Assembly (NCBI GenBank): GCA_963809895.1
Contig: CAWELD010000010.1
Span: forward strand, 64,001 to 128,000
DNA length: 64,000 nucleotides
Reading direction: 5' to 3'
Source of the DNA: an uncultured Gemmatimonadales bacterium
Lineage (GTDB): Bacteria > Gemmatimonadota > Gemmatimonadetes > Longimicrobiales > Gaopeijiaceae
This document shows positions 38,323 to 49,406 of this stretch, in pieces. Made by a program: the position numbers and the translations under genes. Position 1 is the first letter of the stretch. The number at the start of each line of letters is the position of its first letter. The notes beneath the pieces are model-generated. The model saw only the letters and a program-made list of their open reading frames with translations. It had not been told where the DNA came from and searched no databases.

Positions 38323-41044
38323 ATGGCTTCGGGTGCCTTGTCCGTCACGGCGGTCGCGCTCGCCGTGTGTGTCGGAGCGGCGAGGGCGCAGACCGTCCCA
38401 CCCCGCGACCCCGTGGCCGACCCCGCCGCCGTGGTCCACGCCGGCCAAGCCCGCTTCACGGTCCTGACGCCCCGCCTCATCCGCATGGAGTGGTCGCCGG
38501 AGGACCGGTTCGAGGACCAGGCCTCGATCGTGTTCGTCAACCGGCGGTTGCCGGTGCCGGTGTACACCGCCGACTTCGACGCGGATGGCTGGCTCACCCT
38601 CCGCACGGATTCCCTCGTGCTGCGCTACCACTTTGCCGCCGGCCGTTTCGATGCCTCGAACCTGGAGGTGCGCCGCGCGCTGGGTCAGGGCGAGGTGGTC
38701 TGGAGATCCGGGCTGGCCGACACCGCGAATCTGAAGGGCACGACGCGCACGCTGGACGGCGCCCGGGGACCCATCCCCCTGGACCACGGGCTCGTGTCGC
38801 GCGACGGATGGACGGTGGTGGACGACTCCGAAGCGCCCGCTCCTGGCGGGCTCGGATCCGGCCTGGGTCGAGGCGCGGCCGGACACGACGGGCCTCGACT
38901 GGTATTTCTTCGGCTACGGACACGACTATCCGGGCGCGCTCCGGGACTTCACGCGGGTGGCCGGACGCGTGCCGCTGCCGCCCCGCTTCGCCTTCGGCAC
39001 CTGGTGGTCCCGCTACTGGGCCTACACGGACACGGAGCTCCTGGACCTGGTGCGGCAGTTCGATCTGTACGGGGTGCCCCTGGACGTGCTGGTGGTGGAC
39101 ATGGACTGGCACGAGACCTTCGAGCTGCGCTGGAACGACGGCCGCGAGGATCAGGCGGGGCAGCACCTGGGATGGACGGGCTACACCTGGAACCGGGCCT
39201 ACTTTCCCGAGCCGGAGCGCTTCCTGGCGCGAGTGCACGAGCAGGGGCTGCACACCACCCTGAACCTTCATCCCGCGGGTGGCATCCAGCCCTACGAGGC
39301 GCAGTACGAGGCCATGGCGCGCGCCAACGGCATCGACCCGGCCAGCGGCGAGTACGTGCCCTTCCAACTCACCGACTCGGCCTTCGTGCGCAGTTACTTC
39401 GACCTGGTGATCCATCCGCTGGAGCGCCAGGGCGTGGACTTCTGGTGGCTGGACTGGCAGCAGTGGCACGAGACCGACGTGCCGCACCTGAACCCGACCT
39501 GGTGGCTGAACCACCTCTTCTTCACCGACATGGAGCGTGAGGGAGACGGCCGGCCGCTGATCTTCCACCGCTGGGGCGGCCTCGGGAACCACCGCTACCA
39601 GATCGGCTTTTCGGGTGACGCCTACTCCACCTGGGAGGCGCTGGCCTTCGAGCCCCTCTTCACCGCCACGGCCGCCAATGTGGGCTTCGACTACTGGAGC
39701 CACGACATCGGCGGGCACCTGAACGGCGACGTGTCACCGGAGCTCTACACGCGCTGGATCCAGTTCGGCGTCTTCAGCCCCATCCTGCGCACGCACACGA
39801 CCAAGAACGCCGACGCCGAGCGGCGCATCTGGGCGTATCCGTACGAGAGCTTCGCCGCCATGCGCGACGCGTATCGGCTCCGCTACGCGCTCATCCCGTA
39901 CGTCTACTCCGCGGCCCGCCGCACCTACGACGAAGGGCTGGCGCTGGTGCGGCCGCTCTACTGGGACTGGCCGGAGGCCGACGCCGCCTACGCCCACGGC
40001 GGGGAATACGCCTTCGGGCCGGACATGGTGGTGCGGCCCGTGGTGGAGCCGGTGGACTCGGCATCACTGCTGGCGGAGCAGGCGCTGTGGGTGCCGCCGG
40101 GCGACTGGTACGAATGGAGCAGCGGCGCCCGGCTGCACGGCCCGGCCGAGGTGTCACGCAGCTACGCGCTGAACGAGCTGCCGGTGCTGGTGCGCGCCGG
40201 CGCTGTGGTCCCCATGCAACCCGACATGCTCCGGAGCGACGCGCGTCCGCTGGATCCACTGATCCTGACGGTGTTTCCGGGGGATTCCGGCTCGACCCGT
40301 GTCTACGAGGACGGCGGCAACTCCACGGCGTATCAGGACGGTGCATTCACGTGGACGCCGGTGGAGCAGCGGATGGCGGCCGACCCGGATGGAGGGCAGC
40401 GGCTCACGCTCACGATCGCGCCGGTGGAGGGCGAGTTCCCGGAAATGCTCCAGCGGCGCGGCTACCAGGTGCGCCTGCCCGGGACGTTGCCGCCGGCGCG
40501 GGTGGTGTGGCAGGGCGTGGAGGTGGGATACGATGCCGCGTGTGCGAGTGACGAGGGGGGATCGCCGCCGGATGCTGGGGCCGGCGGTGGGCCGTCGCGC
40601 TCGGCCGCTGCGGCCGCGGGTGGCGCCGACGCGGGCCGCAGACCTGCAGCCGCCCAGCGCTGCTGGGGCTACGACGGAGACGGCCTGACGACGGTCATAC
40701 GGCTACCCGCGGCCGACGTCCACGAGACCAAGCGCCTGGAGGTCAGCTGGCGGCCCTGGGATCCGGCGCTGGTGGACGGGACCGCCGGCCTCCTGGCCCG
40801 CATGCGACGCGCCGCCACCATCCTCGAAGGCACCTGGCCCGACGACTGGCCGCCTGACGCCTTCGTGGACCTGGTGCAGACGGGCCGGCGCATCACGCTC
40901 AGGCCCGAGAGCGCCGCCACCGAGCTGCGGCGGCTCCGGGAGCTGCTGCCCGCGGCGCTGGACGGAATCCGCGGCATGCAGGGCGACCCGGTGCTCATCC
41001 AGCGGGCGCTCCGGCACATGGAGGTCGGGCCGGCGGGGGGGTGA
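38323..41044 (+). CDS. Glycoside hydrolase family 31; +1 frameshift at 38831-38832
   Basis: RFTVLTPRLIRME, NLKGTTRTLD, WWSRYW, DMDWH, WWLDWQQ, WSHDIGG. Deleting one A gives DDSERPLL...DWYFFGYGHDY. Confidence 0.92.
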
Positions 41045-41103
41045 CGGCCCAAGCGGTGCCGGACATGATCACCGCGGGCGACCGCGCGCAGCGTAGGCGC
41101 GAT

Positions 41104-41279
41104 GTCGACAACGTGACACTGGAGGGGTCCAGAACGACGGTTTGCGGATTCAACTCGCTGAGCGAGTCAATCTCGACACCTCATCGTTGGGCGATTTCGT
41201 GATGTGGCGATTTCAACTCGGTGAGCGAGTCGAATCGACGAATCGTCGAAATCAGGGGCTCCAGTTACACGTTGTCGAC
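41104..41279. repeat. 176-bp symmetric MITE/REPIN-like element
   Basis: 21-bp terminal inverted repeats (19/21 match) enclosing two copies of a GATT(T)CAACTCGnTGAGCGAGTC(G)AATC imperfect palindrome. Confidence 0.7.
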
Positions 41280-41294
41280 GGGCGGGGTTGCGGT

Positions 41295-41387
41295 CGCCAC
41301 CGAACGCCGCTCCAGCCGTCTACCTCAGCGGGCCGCCCCGGTCGCGGGGGCGCCACCGAACGCCGCTCCAGCCGTCTACCTCAGCGG
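41295..41387. repeat. 37-bp exact direct duplication
   Basis: CGCCACCGAACGCCGCTCCAGCCGTCTACCTCAGCGG at 41295 and 41351; the second copy contains the kinase stop codon. Confidence 0.9.
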
Positions 41388-44048
41388 CCGCCGCGTCCGG
41401 AATCCCCCGAATCCAGCGCCCTGAGCCGGTCGAAGAAATTCGTGACCACGACGATCTGGCGCGGGGCCCGGTCCGGAGGGCGCTTCACCATGAGGAAGCG
41501 CTCGCCGTCCGCGGTCACGTCGTAGTTCCGGCTCGTGCCGTCGGGCGAGCTCTCGTAGGCACCCTCGAACAGCGTCTGTGGACGGCCCAGCTCACCGGTT
41601 TCCGGGTCGACCGACACGGCCAGCATGGCCGCGCCCCAACGGAAGACCAGCTCGCGGCCGTTCCTGGTCCAGCGCGGCTCCTCGCCGCCGTTCACGGACA
41701 CCTGTCGCCGGCTGGCGGTGGGATCGGCATAGGGCGAGAGGAACAGTTGATCGCGGCCGGCCTCTTCGGATGTATACGCCAGCCAACGGCCGTTGGGAGA
41801 AAGCAGCGGCATGTTGAGGCTGAAGTCCGGCGCATAGACCGGCTGGGGCTCCCCTCCGGACAGTGGAATCTTCTCGAGCGCGTAATAGGGGGAGACATCG
41901 TGTTCGAAGAGGAGCGTGTCGCCGTCGGGCGTGAACGAGCCGGGATATTGGTCGGCACGGTCTTGAAAGAGCGACGACGACGGCCGGCTCGCGTCGGCAG
42001 GTCGGCGAAAGAGATTGAAGACCGGGCTCTCGGCGGCGTAGATGATCTCCCGTCCATCGGGCGTCCAGACCGGCGAGAAATCCGCGCCGCCTCCCGAGGT
42101 GAGCGGCAGCTTGGTCCCGCGAATCAGGTCCAGGACGTGGAGGTCGCCGGCATCGTTCGACGAGGCGATGGAGATGGCCAGCGACCGGCCGTTCGGTGAC
42201 AGCGCGGGGTCCCAGTACCGATCCGCCGGCAGATCCAGCCGCTCCTCTCGTTCCCCTGCCGGTCCACCCACACCAGGTCCGCCGGGGTGTTGAAGTCCGA
42301 AGCCCGCACGTAGACGAGGGTCCCGTTGTCGGAAACGTCGTAGGCGGCTACGCCGTCGTAGCTGGTCATGGCCACGTTCTCCACCACCGGTACCGCCTCG
42401 CCGGTCACCGTCAGGGTCTCGAGATCGAAGGGCACGGCGTAGATCACCTCGCTGCGCGCGAACAGCAGGTGGCCGGTGGAGACGTAGCGACCGTAGATGC
42501 CGCCGGTGAAGACGTCGGTGCGCTCGCCCGTCTCCACGGACACCACCGATAGCTTGGATTGCTCGACGGGGGTCCGGAACGCGGTGAAGAGGACGTGCTC
42601 TCCGTCGGGGAGCGCCTGAGGCCACCAATGGGCCAGCTCTCCGTCGGCGGGCTTGGTGAGCTGCTGGGGCTCTCCCCCGCCGGCGGGCATCCACCACACG
42701 CCGCTCACGTAGCTCCGGTTGTAGTAGACCCTGTCGTCCGGCGCCCAACTTCCACCGGCCCAGTCGGCTTCGGGGTCCATGACCTCGATGGGGCCACCGG
42801 CCACCGGCGTCTTGCGGGTGGCGCCGGCCCTGCGAAAGGCCGCCCACTGGCCGTCCGGCGAGAGGAACACGTTCGTGCCCCCCTCGGTGCCCGGGATCGG
42901 GAAGACATCGAGGTCGGTCAGGCGACGCCCCAGAATCATCGGCACGCCGTTCCAGCTGCCGGGCACCACCACCAGGCCCCCGTCTCGCGAAATGGCGAGC
43001 TGGCTCTCGGTGACAGCGGCGTTGGCCGGGAGCTGGAGGGTGGCACGGAGCGCGGTAGCGGGCGCCGCCGATCCCCCGTCGCCTCGCAGATTGAGCACCA
43101 GGGCCAGGGCCGCCAGCGCCAGCGCCGCCACGCCCCACGGGAGCCATGCGACGATGCCGGAGCGGGGCGGGGGGGAGCCCCGGCCGCGCTGCCGGCGCCC
43201 GCGGCCCTGCTCGCCTGCCCATAGCGCGGATCCTGGAGCGCCTGGGCGAACTCGGCCGCGCTGCCGAAGCGGTCCGCCGGGAGCTTCTCCAGGGCGTGCA
43301 GAAGCGCCGCCTCCACGTGCGCGGGGATGCTCCTGCGCGTCTCCGTGGGCCGCACCGGCGCCGTGGTGATGATCTTGCCCAGCACGTTCTGGGCGGTGGA
43401 GCCGGTGAAGGGGGGATCCCCGGTGAGCATCTCGTAGAGCACGCAGCCCAGCGAATACACGTCGCTGCGGGGGCCCGGATCCCGGTCCGCCGTGGCCTGC
43501 TCGGGGCTCATGTAGAACGGCGTGCCCAGGCTGAGTCCGGTCTCGGTGAGTCGCCCGCCGCCGGCCTCCTGCACGGCCAGGGCGATGCCGAAGTCCGCCA
43601 CCAGCGGCTCGCCGTCGTGCAGCAGGATGTTGGCGGGCTTGATGTCCCGGTGCACGACGCCCTGGCGGTGGGCGTAGTCCAGCCCCGAAGCGACGGCGAG
43701 GGCGATGCGCACGGCCTCGTCCACCGGGAGCTGGTGCTCGCGGTCCAGCTTCTCGCGCAGGGATTCCCCCTCGACGTAGGGCATGACGTAGAAGAGGAAG
43801 CCGTCGGCCTCGCCGGAGTCGAAGAGCGGGAGGATGTGGGGGTGTTGCAGGTTGGCCGTGACCTGGATCTCGGCCAGGAAGCGCTCGCCGCCGACGACAG
43901 CCGCCAGCTCGGGGCGGAGGACCTTGAGGGCGACCTTGCGGCGATGGCGGACGTCTTCGGCGAGGTAGACGGTGGCCATGCCACCCTCGCCCAGCTCCCC
44001 TTCGATGCGGTACGAACCTTCGAGCGCCGCGTTGAGGCGGTCGATCAC
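41381..44048 (-). CDS. Ser/Thr protein kinase + TM + TolB/PD40 propellers; frameshifts at about 43170 and about 42248
   Basis: GEGGMATVY, VALK, HRDIKPAN, DFG, GTPFYMSPE; PD40 repeats continue in ORFs 42124..43131 and 41381..43222. Confidence 0.9.
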
Positions 44049-44911
44049 GCGTCGGTCGCCTCGTGTTCGTGGGGCGGCACCGTCCGGCCCACGATGAGGG
44101 TGATGTTGTCGGTGCCGCCGCCTTCCAGGGCGTCGGCCATGAGCAGCTCGACGGCGTTCTTGGAGCTAGTGAGGTTCGCCAGGCGCTCCTTGATCTGCTC
44201 GTCGGAGACGTGCTTGGTCAGCCCGTCGCTGCACAGGAGCACCACCGTGCCCCAGTCGCGCACCAGGCGGGTGACCACCGGTGCCGCTTCACCGCCGCCC
44301 ACGGCGCTGGAGAGCACGTTGGCCCACTTGCTCTTTTCGGCCATGGTCTGCGTGAGCGCACCGCTGTCCACCAGCTCCTGTGCCAGCGTCTGGTCGCGGC
44401 TGATCTGTCTGAGCTCGCCCTTGTAGTAGACGTAGCAGCGGGAGTCTCCCACCTGCAGGAGGTAGGCGTGGGGCCAGAGTCCCAGGAAGAGGGTGAGGGT
44501 GGTGGCGAAGCGGCGGCCGCCCTGGTCCTGTTCGGCGGCCTCGAGCAGCTCCTCGTGCACGGCCAGCGTGGCCTCGAGCAGGAGCCGCGAGAAGACGTCC
44601 GGGTCCTTCGACTCCTTGAGCTCGGCCTCGTGGTAGAAGCGGGATACCGAGGCCACGAGGCCGCGCACCGCGCGCCGTGCGGCCAACTCGCCGCCACCGG
44701 ACCCGCCAACCCCGTCGGCCACCACGGCCAGAGTCGCCATGCGTCGGAGTTGGGCTTTGCCCTCGCCATCGGGCTCGATGCTGGTACGCTCGACGGTGAC
44801 GCCCCGAGCCAACGCCCCCAGGAAATAGTGGTCCTGGTTGTCGGTGCGGACCTTCCCCACGTGGGTGTCGCCCCAGGCGTCGATGTCCGCGAAATCCGGC
44901 CGCTCGGTCAT
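44045..44911 (-). CDS. PP2C-family Ser/Thr phosphatase
   Basis: GKVRTDNQD, VADGVGG, VGDSRCY, CSDGL, GGTDNIT. Confidence 0.95.
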   Translation of the reverse strand: MTERPDFADIDAWGDTHVGKVRTDNQDHYFLGALARGVTVERTSIEPDGEGKAQLRRMATLAVVADGVGGSGGGELAARRAVRGLVASVSRFYHEAELKESKDPDVFSRLLLEATLAVHEELLEAAEQDQGGRRFATTLTLFLGLWPHAYLLQVGDSRCYVYYKGELRQISRDQTLAQELVDSGALTQTMAEKSKWANVLSSAVGGGEAAPVVTRLVRDWGTVVLLCSDGLTKHVSDEQIKERLANLTSSKNAVELLMADALEGGGTDNITLIVGRTVPPHEHEATDA

Positions 44912-45091
44912 GGTGTCCTCCCGTCCCCGTCGGTCCCGAGATCGTCAACCCTGCTCCGGTGGCTCGGAGGTGCGGCCGTCAGGGAGGGCGTGGTAGGCAT
45001 GGCGCCATAATGCGCACGGTGGGGTGCGCGGGGCCAGTTCGCCGTCGATTCTCCGGTGGCCGCGCGCGGGCCAGGGGTCGAGATTGGTCCC

Positions 45092-46147
45092 ATGAACACA
45101 CACGCCCTGCCCGATCGAGCCGAGATGCTCGAGGCATTCCTCGAGCGCGACCCCTCCTACGACGGCGTCTTCGTCACCGGCGTCCGCACCACGGGAATCT
45201 TCTGCAGGCCCACCTGTGCTGCCCGCAAGCCGAAGCCCGACAACGTGGCCTTTTTCGCCACGCCCCGGGAAGCCCTGCTGGAGGGCTACCGCCCCTGTCT
45301 CCGGTGTCGGCCGATGCGCAACTCCGGCGAGGCACCCCCCTGGCTGGAAGGGTTGTTGGCGCGGATCGAGGACGATCCCTCACGCCGCTGGACCGACGAC
45401 GACCTGCGGGCGTTGGAGCTCAGTCCGTCACGTGTGCGGCGCTGGTTCAAGCGCCACCACGGCATGACGTTCCACGCCTACAGCCGCGCCCGGCGCCTGG
45501 GGTCCGCCCTCGGACGCCTGAAGGACGGGGAGGCGGTGACGCGCACCGCCTTCGACAGCGGCTTCGATTCGCTGAGCGCCTTCAACGAGGCGTTTCGACG
45601 GGTCCTGGGCAGCACGCCCTCCGATGCCCGCCAGCGCACGGTGGTGACGGTGGCGCGCATCGCCACCCCGCTGGGTCCCATGCTGGCGGGGGCCACGGAC
45701 GAGGCCCTGGTCCTCCTGGAATTCGTGGACCGGCGCATGCTGGAGACCCAGCTCATGAGGCTCCGCGATCGCCTGGGGTGCCTCTTCGTGCCCGGCGGCA
45801 GTCCCTTGCTCGCCGCTGTGGAGGAAGAGCTCGCGGCCTACTTCGGAGGTGCCCTCCGACGCTTCAGCGTGCCACTCCTGACGCCGGGGACCGACTTCCA
45901 ACAGGAGGTCTGGAACGCGCTGCGCAAGATCCCGTACGGCGCCACGGTGAGCTACGGCGAGCTCGCCGAGCGGCTCGGGCGGCAGGGATCCCAGCGTGCG
46001 GTGGCCAGGGCCAACGGGGACAATCGCATCGCCATCGTGATCCCCTGTCACCGGGTGATCGGCGCCGACGGCTCGCTGACCGGCTACGGCGGTGGGGTCT
46101 GGCGAAAGCGACGCATGCTGGAGCTGGAAGCGGCGGCCGGCGTCTGA
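45092..46147 (+). CDS. ada: Bifunctional Ada regulator / methylated-DNA-protein-cysteine methyltransferase
   Basis: TTGIFCRPTC, PCLRC Zn site, AraC HTH, IPCHRVIG. Confidence 0.95.
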   Translation: MNTHALPDRAEMLEAFLERDPSYDGVFVTGVRTTGIFCRPTCAARKPKPDNVAFFATPREALLEGYRPCLRCRPMRNSGEAPPWLEGLLARIEDDPSRRWTDDDLRALELSPSRVRRWFKRHHGMTFHAYSRARRLGSALGRLKDGEAVTRTAFDSGFDSLSAFNEAFRRVLGSTPSDARQRTVVTVARIATPLGPMLAGATDEALVLLEFVDRRMLETQLMRLRDRLGCLFVPGGSPLLAAVEEELAAYFGGALRRFSVPLLTPGTDFQQEVWNALRKIPYGATVSYGELAERLGRQGSQRAVARANGDNRIAIVIPCHRVIGADGSLTGYGGGVWRKRRMLELEAAAGV

Positions 46148-46187
46148 TTCTGCGCGCGACTGCGGGTCGGCCCACGAGCACGCCTCC

Positions 46188-47660
46188 TCACCCGGACGGC
46201 GGCGCGTCCACCCCGGAGATGCGGAAGGCCCACGCGTAGTCGCAGGGCGGGGGGGTGCCCGCGGGCACCCGGATCCTCATGCCGTCGTCGGTCGCCTCGA
46301 AGGTGAGGGACGCGTCGGAGCCCAGCAGGGTGACCCCAGTGGCCTCGGTGGGATGCACGCCTGGCACCTCCACGGTGGGTGGCAGCCGAGCCTCGCTTTC
46401 ATCGGCCAGATAGATGGCGTAGCGAGACCCATCGGCACCCAGGGTGAGGCGCACCCGGTCCGAGCCGTACGGGGCCACCGCCCGCGTCCCGTAGATGGCC
46501 TCGCCATTGACCCGCATCCACGCGCCGAGCTTCTCCAGACGGTCGTAGGCCGCGGCGTGCCAGGTGCCGTCGGGGCCCGGTCCGATGTTCAGGAGCAGGT
46601 TGCCGCCCTTGGAGACCACGTCCACCAGCATGTGCACCAGCTCACGAGCCGGCTTATACGGATCGTCGGGCACGTACGACCAGCTCGTGGCCATGGGCAT
46701 GGGAACCTCCCACGGATCCGGAATGGCCTCGTCGGGCACCCGGGCCTCCGGGGTCAGGTAGTCCTGATAGGGCCCCGGCACCGCCCGGTCCACCACGATG
46801 AGGCCGGGCTGGAGCGACCGCGCCTCGCGCACGAGCCCCGGCATGTCGATGTCCAGGCTCTGGACGCGCTGCTTGGGCCAGCCCGGGCGGCTCCGGATGG
46901 CGCGGAGCTGCTCGTCGGTGCGCGTCCGTACCCAGCCGCCGTCCAACCACAGGATGTCCACCTGCCCGTAGTTGGACATGAGCTCCCGCACCTGGGCGTG
47001 GGTGAAGTCCACGAAGCGGGCCCAGCGCTCCGGATATTTCGTCACGTCGTAGTTGGGATAGCGATCCGGCGTGGCGAAATAGGGCCACCAGTAGTCGGGG
47101 CTGTGCCAGTCGGGTTTGGAGAAGTAGGCGCCCACCATGAAGCCGCGCGCGCGAAAGGCGTCGAAGATCCCCCGGGTGACGTCGGCGCGGGGATCGGCGC
47201 TGAACGGCGTCATGGGCGAGGTGATGGCGTAGTCGGTCTGCTCCGTGTCGAACATGGAGAAGCCGTCGTGGTGCTTGGTGGTGAAGACCACGTAGCGCAT
47301 GCCGGCGTTCCATGCCGCCCGGGCCCAACGCTCCGGGTCGAACCGCACCGGGTCGAAGGTGCTCTGGAGCGCCTCGTAGGCCTTCTTGTATTCGCCGTAC
47401 TCGCTGTCCGGAGGCCGCCGGCACCAGTCCTCGTCTTCCGAGCACAGCGACCACGACTCCACGATGCCCCACTGCGAATACGTGCCCCAGTGCATGAGCA
47501 GCCCGAGCTTGAGGTCCTGCCAGTGCTCGAGCCTCTGGACGACCAGCGAGTCGGTTTCCGGCACGTAGCCCCAGGCGTCCTGGGCGGCCGCGGGCGCACC
47601 TGGCAGTGCGACGAGACCGAGGCCTGCGAGAAGCACACCGGCGGTGGCGGCGAGACGCAT
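46188..47660 (-). CDS. Alpha-L-fucosidase (GH29), secreted
   Basis: HWGTYS, TTKHHDGF, ILWLDGGW, VSKGGNLLLNIGP. Confidence 0.95.
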   Translation of the reverse strand: MRLAATAGVLLAGLGLVALPGAPAAAQDAWGYVPETDSLVVQRLEHWQDLKLGLLMHWGTYSQWGIVESWSLCSEDEDWCRRPPDSEYGEYKKAYEALQSTFDPVRFDPERWARAAWNAGMRYVVFTTKHHDGFSMFDTEQTDYAITSPMTPFSADPRADVTRGIFDAFRARGFMVGAYFSKPDWHSPDYWWPYFATPDRYPNYDVTKYPERWARFVDFTHAQVRELMSNYGQVDILWLDGGWVRTRTDEQLRAIRSRPGWPKQRVQSLDIDMPGLVREARSLQPGLIVVDRAVPGPYQDYLTPEARVPDEAIPDPWEVPMPMATSWSYVPDDPYKPARELVHMLVDVVSKGGNLLLNIGPGPDGTWHAAAYDRLEKLGAWMRVNGEAIYGTRAVAPYGSDRVRLTLGADGSRYAIYLADESEARLPPTVEVPGVHPTEATGVTLLGSDASLTFEATDDGMRIRVPAGTPPPCDYAWAFRISGVDAPPSG

Positions 47661-47845
47661 CGTCTCCCTCTCTCCCTGGGTGGTGGGGGCCCGCTCGGCG
47701 AGGCGGGAGTCCGTGGAAGTGTAGGGCGCCGCAGCCCGGTGGCCCACCCCCACGGCATGCATCGTGCTGCTCGATTCCAGGCCCGCCGCGGACGCTATGC
47801 GCGCATCGCTGTTCCTCGTCGGACGGCGTGGAAGGAGCGACCAAC

Positions 47846-48331
47846 ATGCAGGTACGGAGAGCGGCGCCCTGGGGTCTCGCCATCCTCAGGATCGTCACCG
47901 GATTCATCTTCCTGACCCACGGCATCCCCAAGCTCTTCGGAGGGATCTCCGGCACGGCCGGGTTCCTGGGCGACCTGGGCTTGCCGGTGCCCGGGCTCGC
48001 GGCCTGGACGCTTTCCGTTCTGGAGGTGGGAGGGGGGTTGCTGCTCATCGCCGGCGTGCTGGTCACGCCCGTCGCGGCCCTTTTCGTCGTGGAGATGATG
48101 CTCGGCATCGTCCTGGTGCACGCCGCGAACGGATGGTTCGTGGTCGGTGCCGGCCAGGGCGGCGCCGAGTTCAACGCCCTCCTGATCGCTGCAAGCCTGG
48201 CCTTGATGCTCGGAGGGCCCGGGGCGTTCGCCGCGGGCACCGGCCGCCCCGCGCTGGGGCGGTGGCCATCATCCGATCCCGGTCAGCCGCGGGCGCCCGC
48301 GCGAGCGAAGGATCTCATGAACGTGAGCTGA
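47846..48331 (+). CDS. DoxX-family membrane protein
   Basis: RBS AAGGAG; LRIVTGFIFLTHGIPKL, GGAEFN. Confidence 0.9.
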   Translation: MQVRRAAPWGLAILRIVTGFIFLTHGIPKLFGGISGTAGFLGDLGLPVPGLAAWTLSVLEVGGGLLLIAGVLVTPVAALFVVEMMLGIVLVHAANGWFVVGAGQGGAEFNALLIAASLALMLGGPGAFAAGTGRPALGRWPSSDPGQPRAPARAKDLMNVS

Positions 48332-48536
48332 CCGGGTGCCGCGCCGACCTGGTGCTGGCTCGTCCCCCCCACGCGGTCCCTGTCCCCGGAGTCGTCTCGG
48401 CGTGTCCCTCGCAGGGGACAGGCCGCGTGGCGACTGCCCGGAATCCCCCGAACCACGGGGACATCTCTCGTGGCATGGCAAATGCGCAGGGAGTGCCGCG
48501 TTGGTCCATCTGGCCTTCCCGCGGAGAGGTTCACGC

Positions 48537-49406
48537 ATGCGACGGATCAGCCTTCTCGCCTTTCTTCTGGCGGCGCAGCTTCCTGGGGCGTCCCTGCACG
48601 CCCAGGCCATCAAGGGCCACCTCATCGATGACGACCAGCTCATGCCGGTGGGCGGCGCCACAATCACGGTGCTGGTGGGCGAGGAGCGTGGCCAGCAGGT
48701 CATGACGAGGGACGACGGCTCGTTCTTCATCCCATTGGAACGATGGGGCACGTATCGGCTCGAGGCCCAGCGCATCGGCTATGGCACCACGACCTCACAG
48801 CCCTTCCTGGTCGAACGCGCCGACACCGTGACGGTGGACTTCCGCGTGCTGCCCGACGCCGTTCTGTTGGCCCCGCTCGTGGTCACGACGCACACCAACC
48901 AGGGGCGGAACGTCTTCTACCGCCGCATGGAGAACTGGGACCAGGGAATCTTCGTCACACCGGAGATGGTGGACTCGATCCAGCCCCGGCATCCGGCCGA
49001 CGTGCTCCGGCACCAGCCCAAGGTGTGGCTGTCCTGGGGATGGGCCCGGAACCCGGAAACGGGCTCCGCGGGACCGGTTCCCAAGATCCACACCTTCATG
49101 GGCTCCGGATGCCTCGGCTACCTGATCGATGGGCGGCCGATCCACCGATTCAAGTTCTCCCGGACCCCGTTCTGGCTCGACTGGCCCATGTCCATGTTGG
49201 AAGGAAAGGACATCGTGGCGGTGGAGATCTACCGGCACATCAGCGAGGTGCCGCCGGAGATCCGAAACGCGGCGGACGAGATCTACAACGGCCAGAGCCC
49301 GCCGGGGGTGCCCGAGGTGACGGGCACGGTGGCGGACCGGGTGCAGCAGGACTTCGTCGAGGGCACCTGCGGGCTGGTGAACTTCTGGACCCGGGTGGGA
49401 TGGTGA
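48537..49406 (+). CDS. Carboxypeptidase-regulatory-like + stand-alone TonB-plug-like protein (paralog 1)
   Basis: Signal peptide; RIGY; C..IDG; DIVAVEIY...VP; CGLVNFWT. Confidence 0.8.
   Translation: MRRISLLAFLLAAQLPGASLHAQAIKGHLIDDDQLMPVGGATITVLVGEERGQQVMTRDDGSFFIPLERWGTYRLEAQRIGYGTTTSQPFLVERADTVTVDFRVLPDAVLLAPLVVTTHTNQGRNVFYRRMENWDQGIFVTPEMVDSIQPRHPADVLRHQPKVWLSWGWARNPETGSAGPVPKIHTFMGSGCLGYLIDGRPIHRFKFSRTPFWLDWPMSMLEGKDIVAVEIYRHISEVPPEIRNAADEIYNGQSPPGVPEVTGTVADRVQQDFVEGTCGLVNFWTRVGW

Noticed and set aside
41147..41236. Two-repeat CRISPR (26-28 bp repeats, 36-nt spacer)
   Set aside because: Repeats are not identical, are enclosed by terminal inverted repeats, and no cas genes are present
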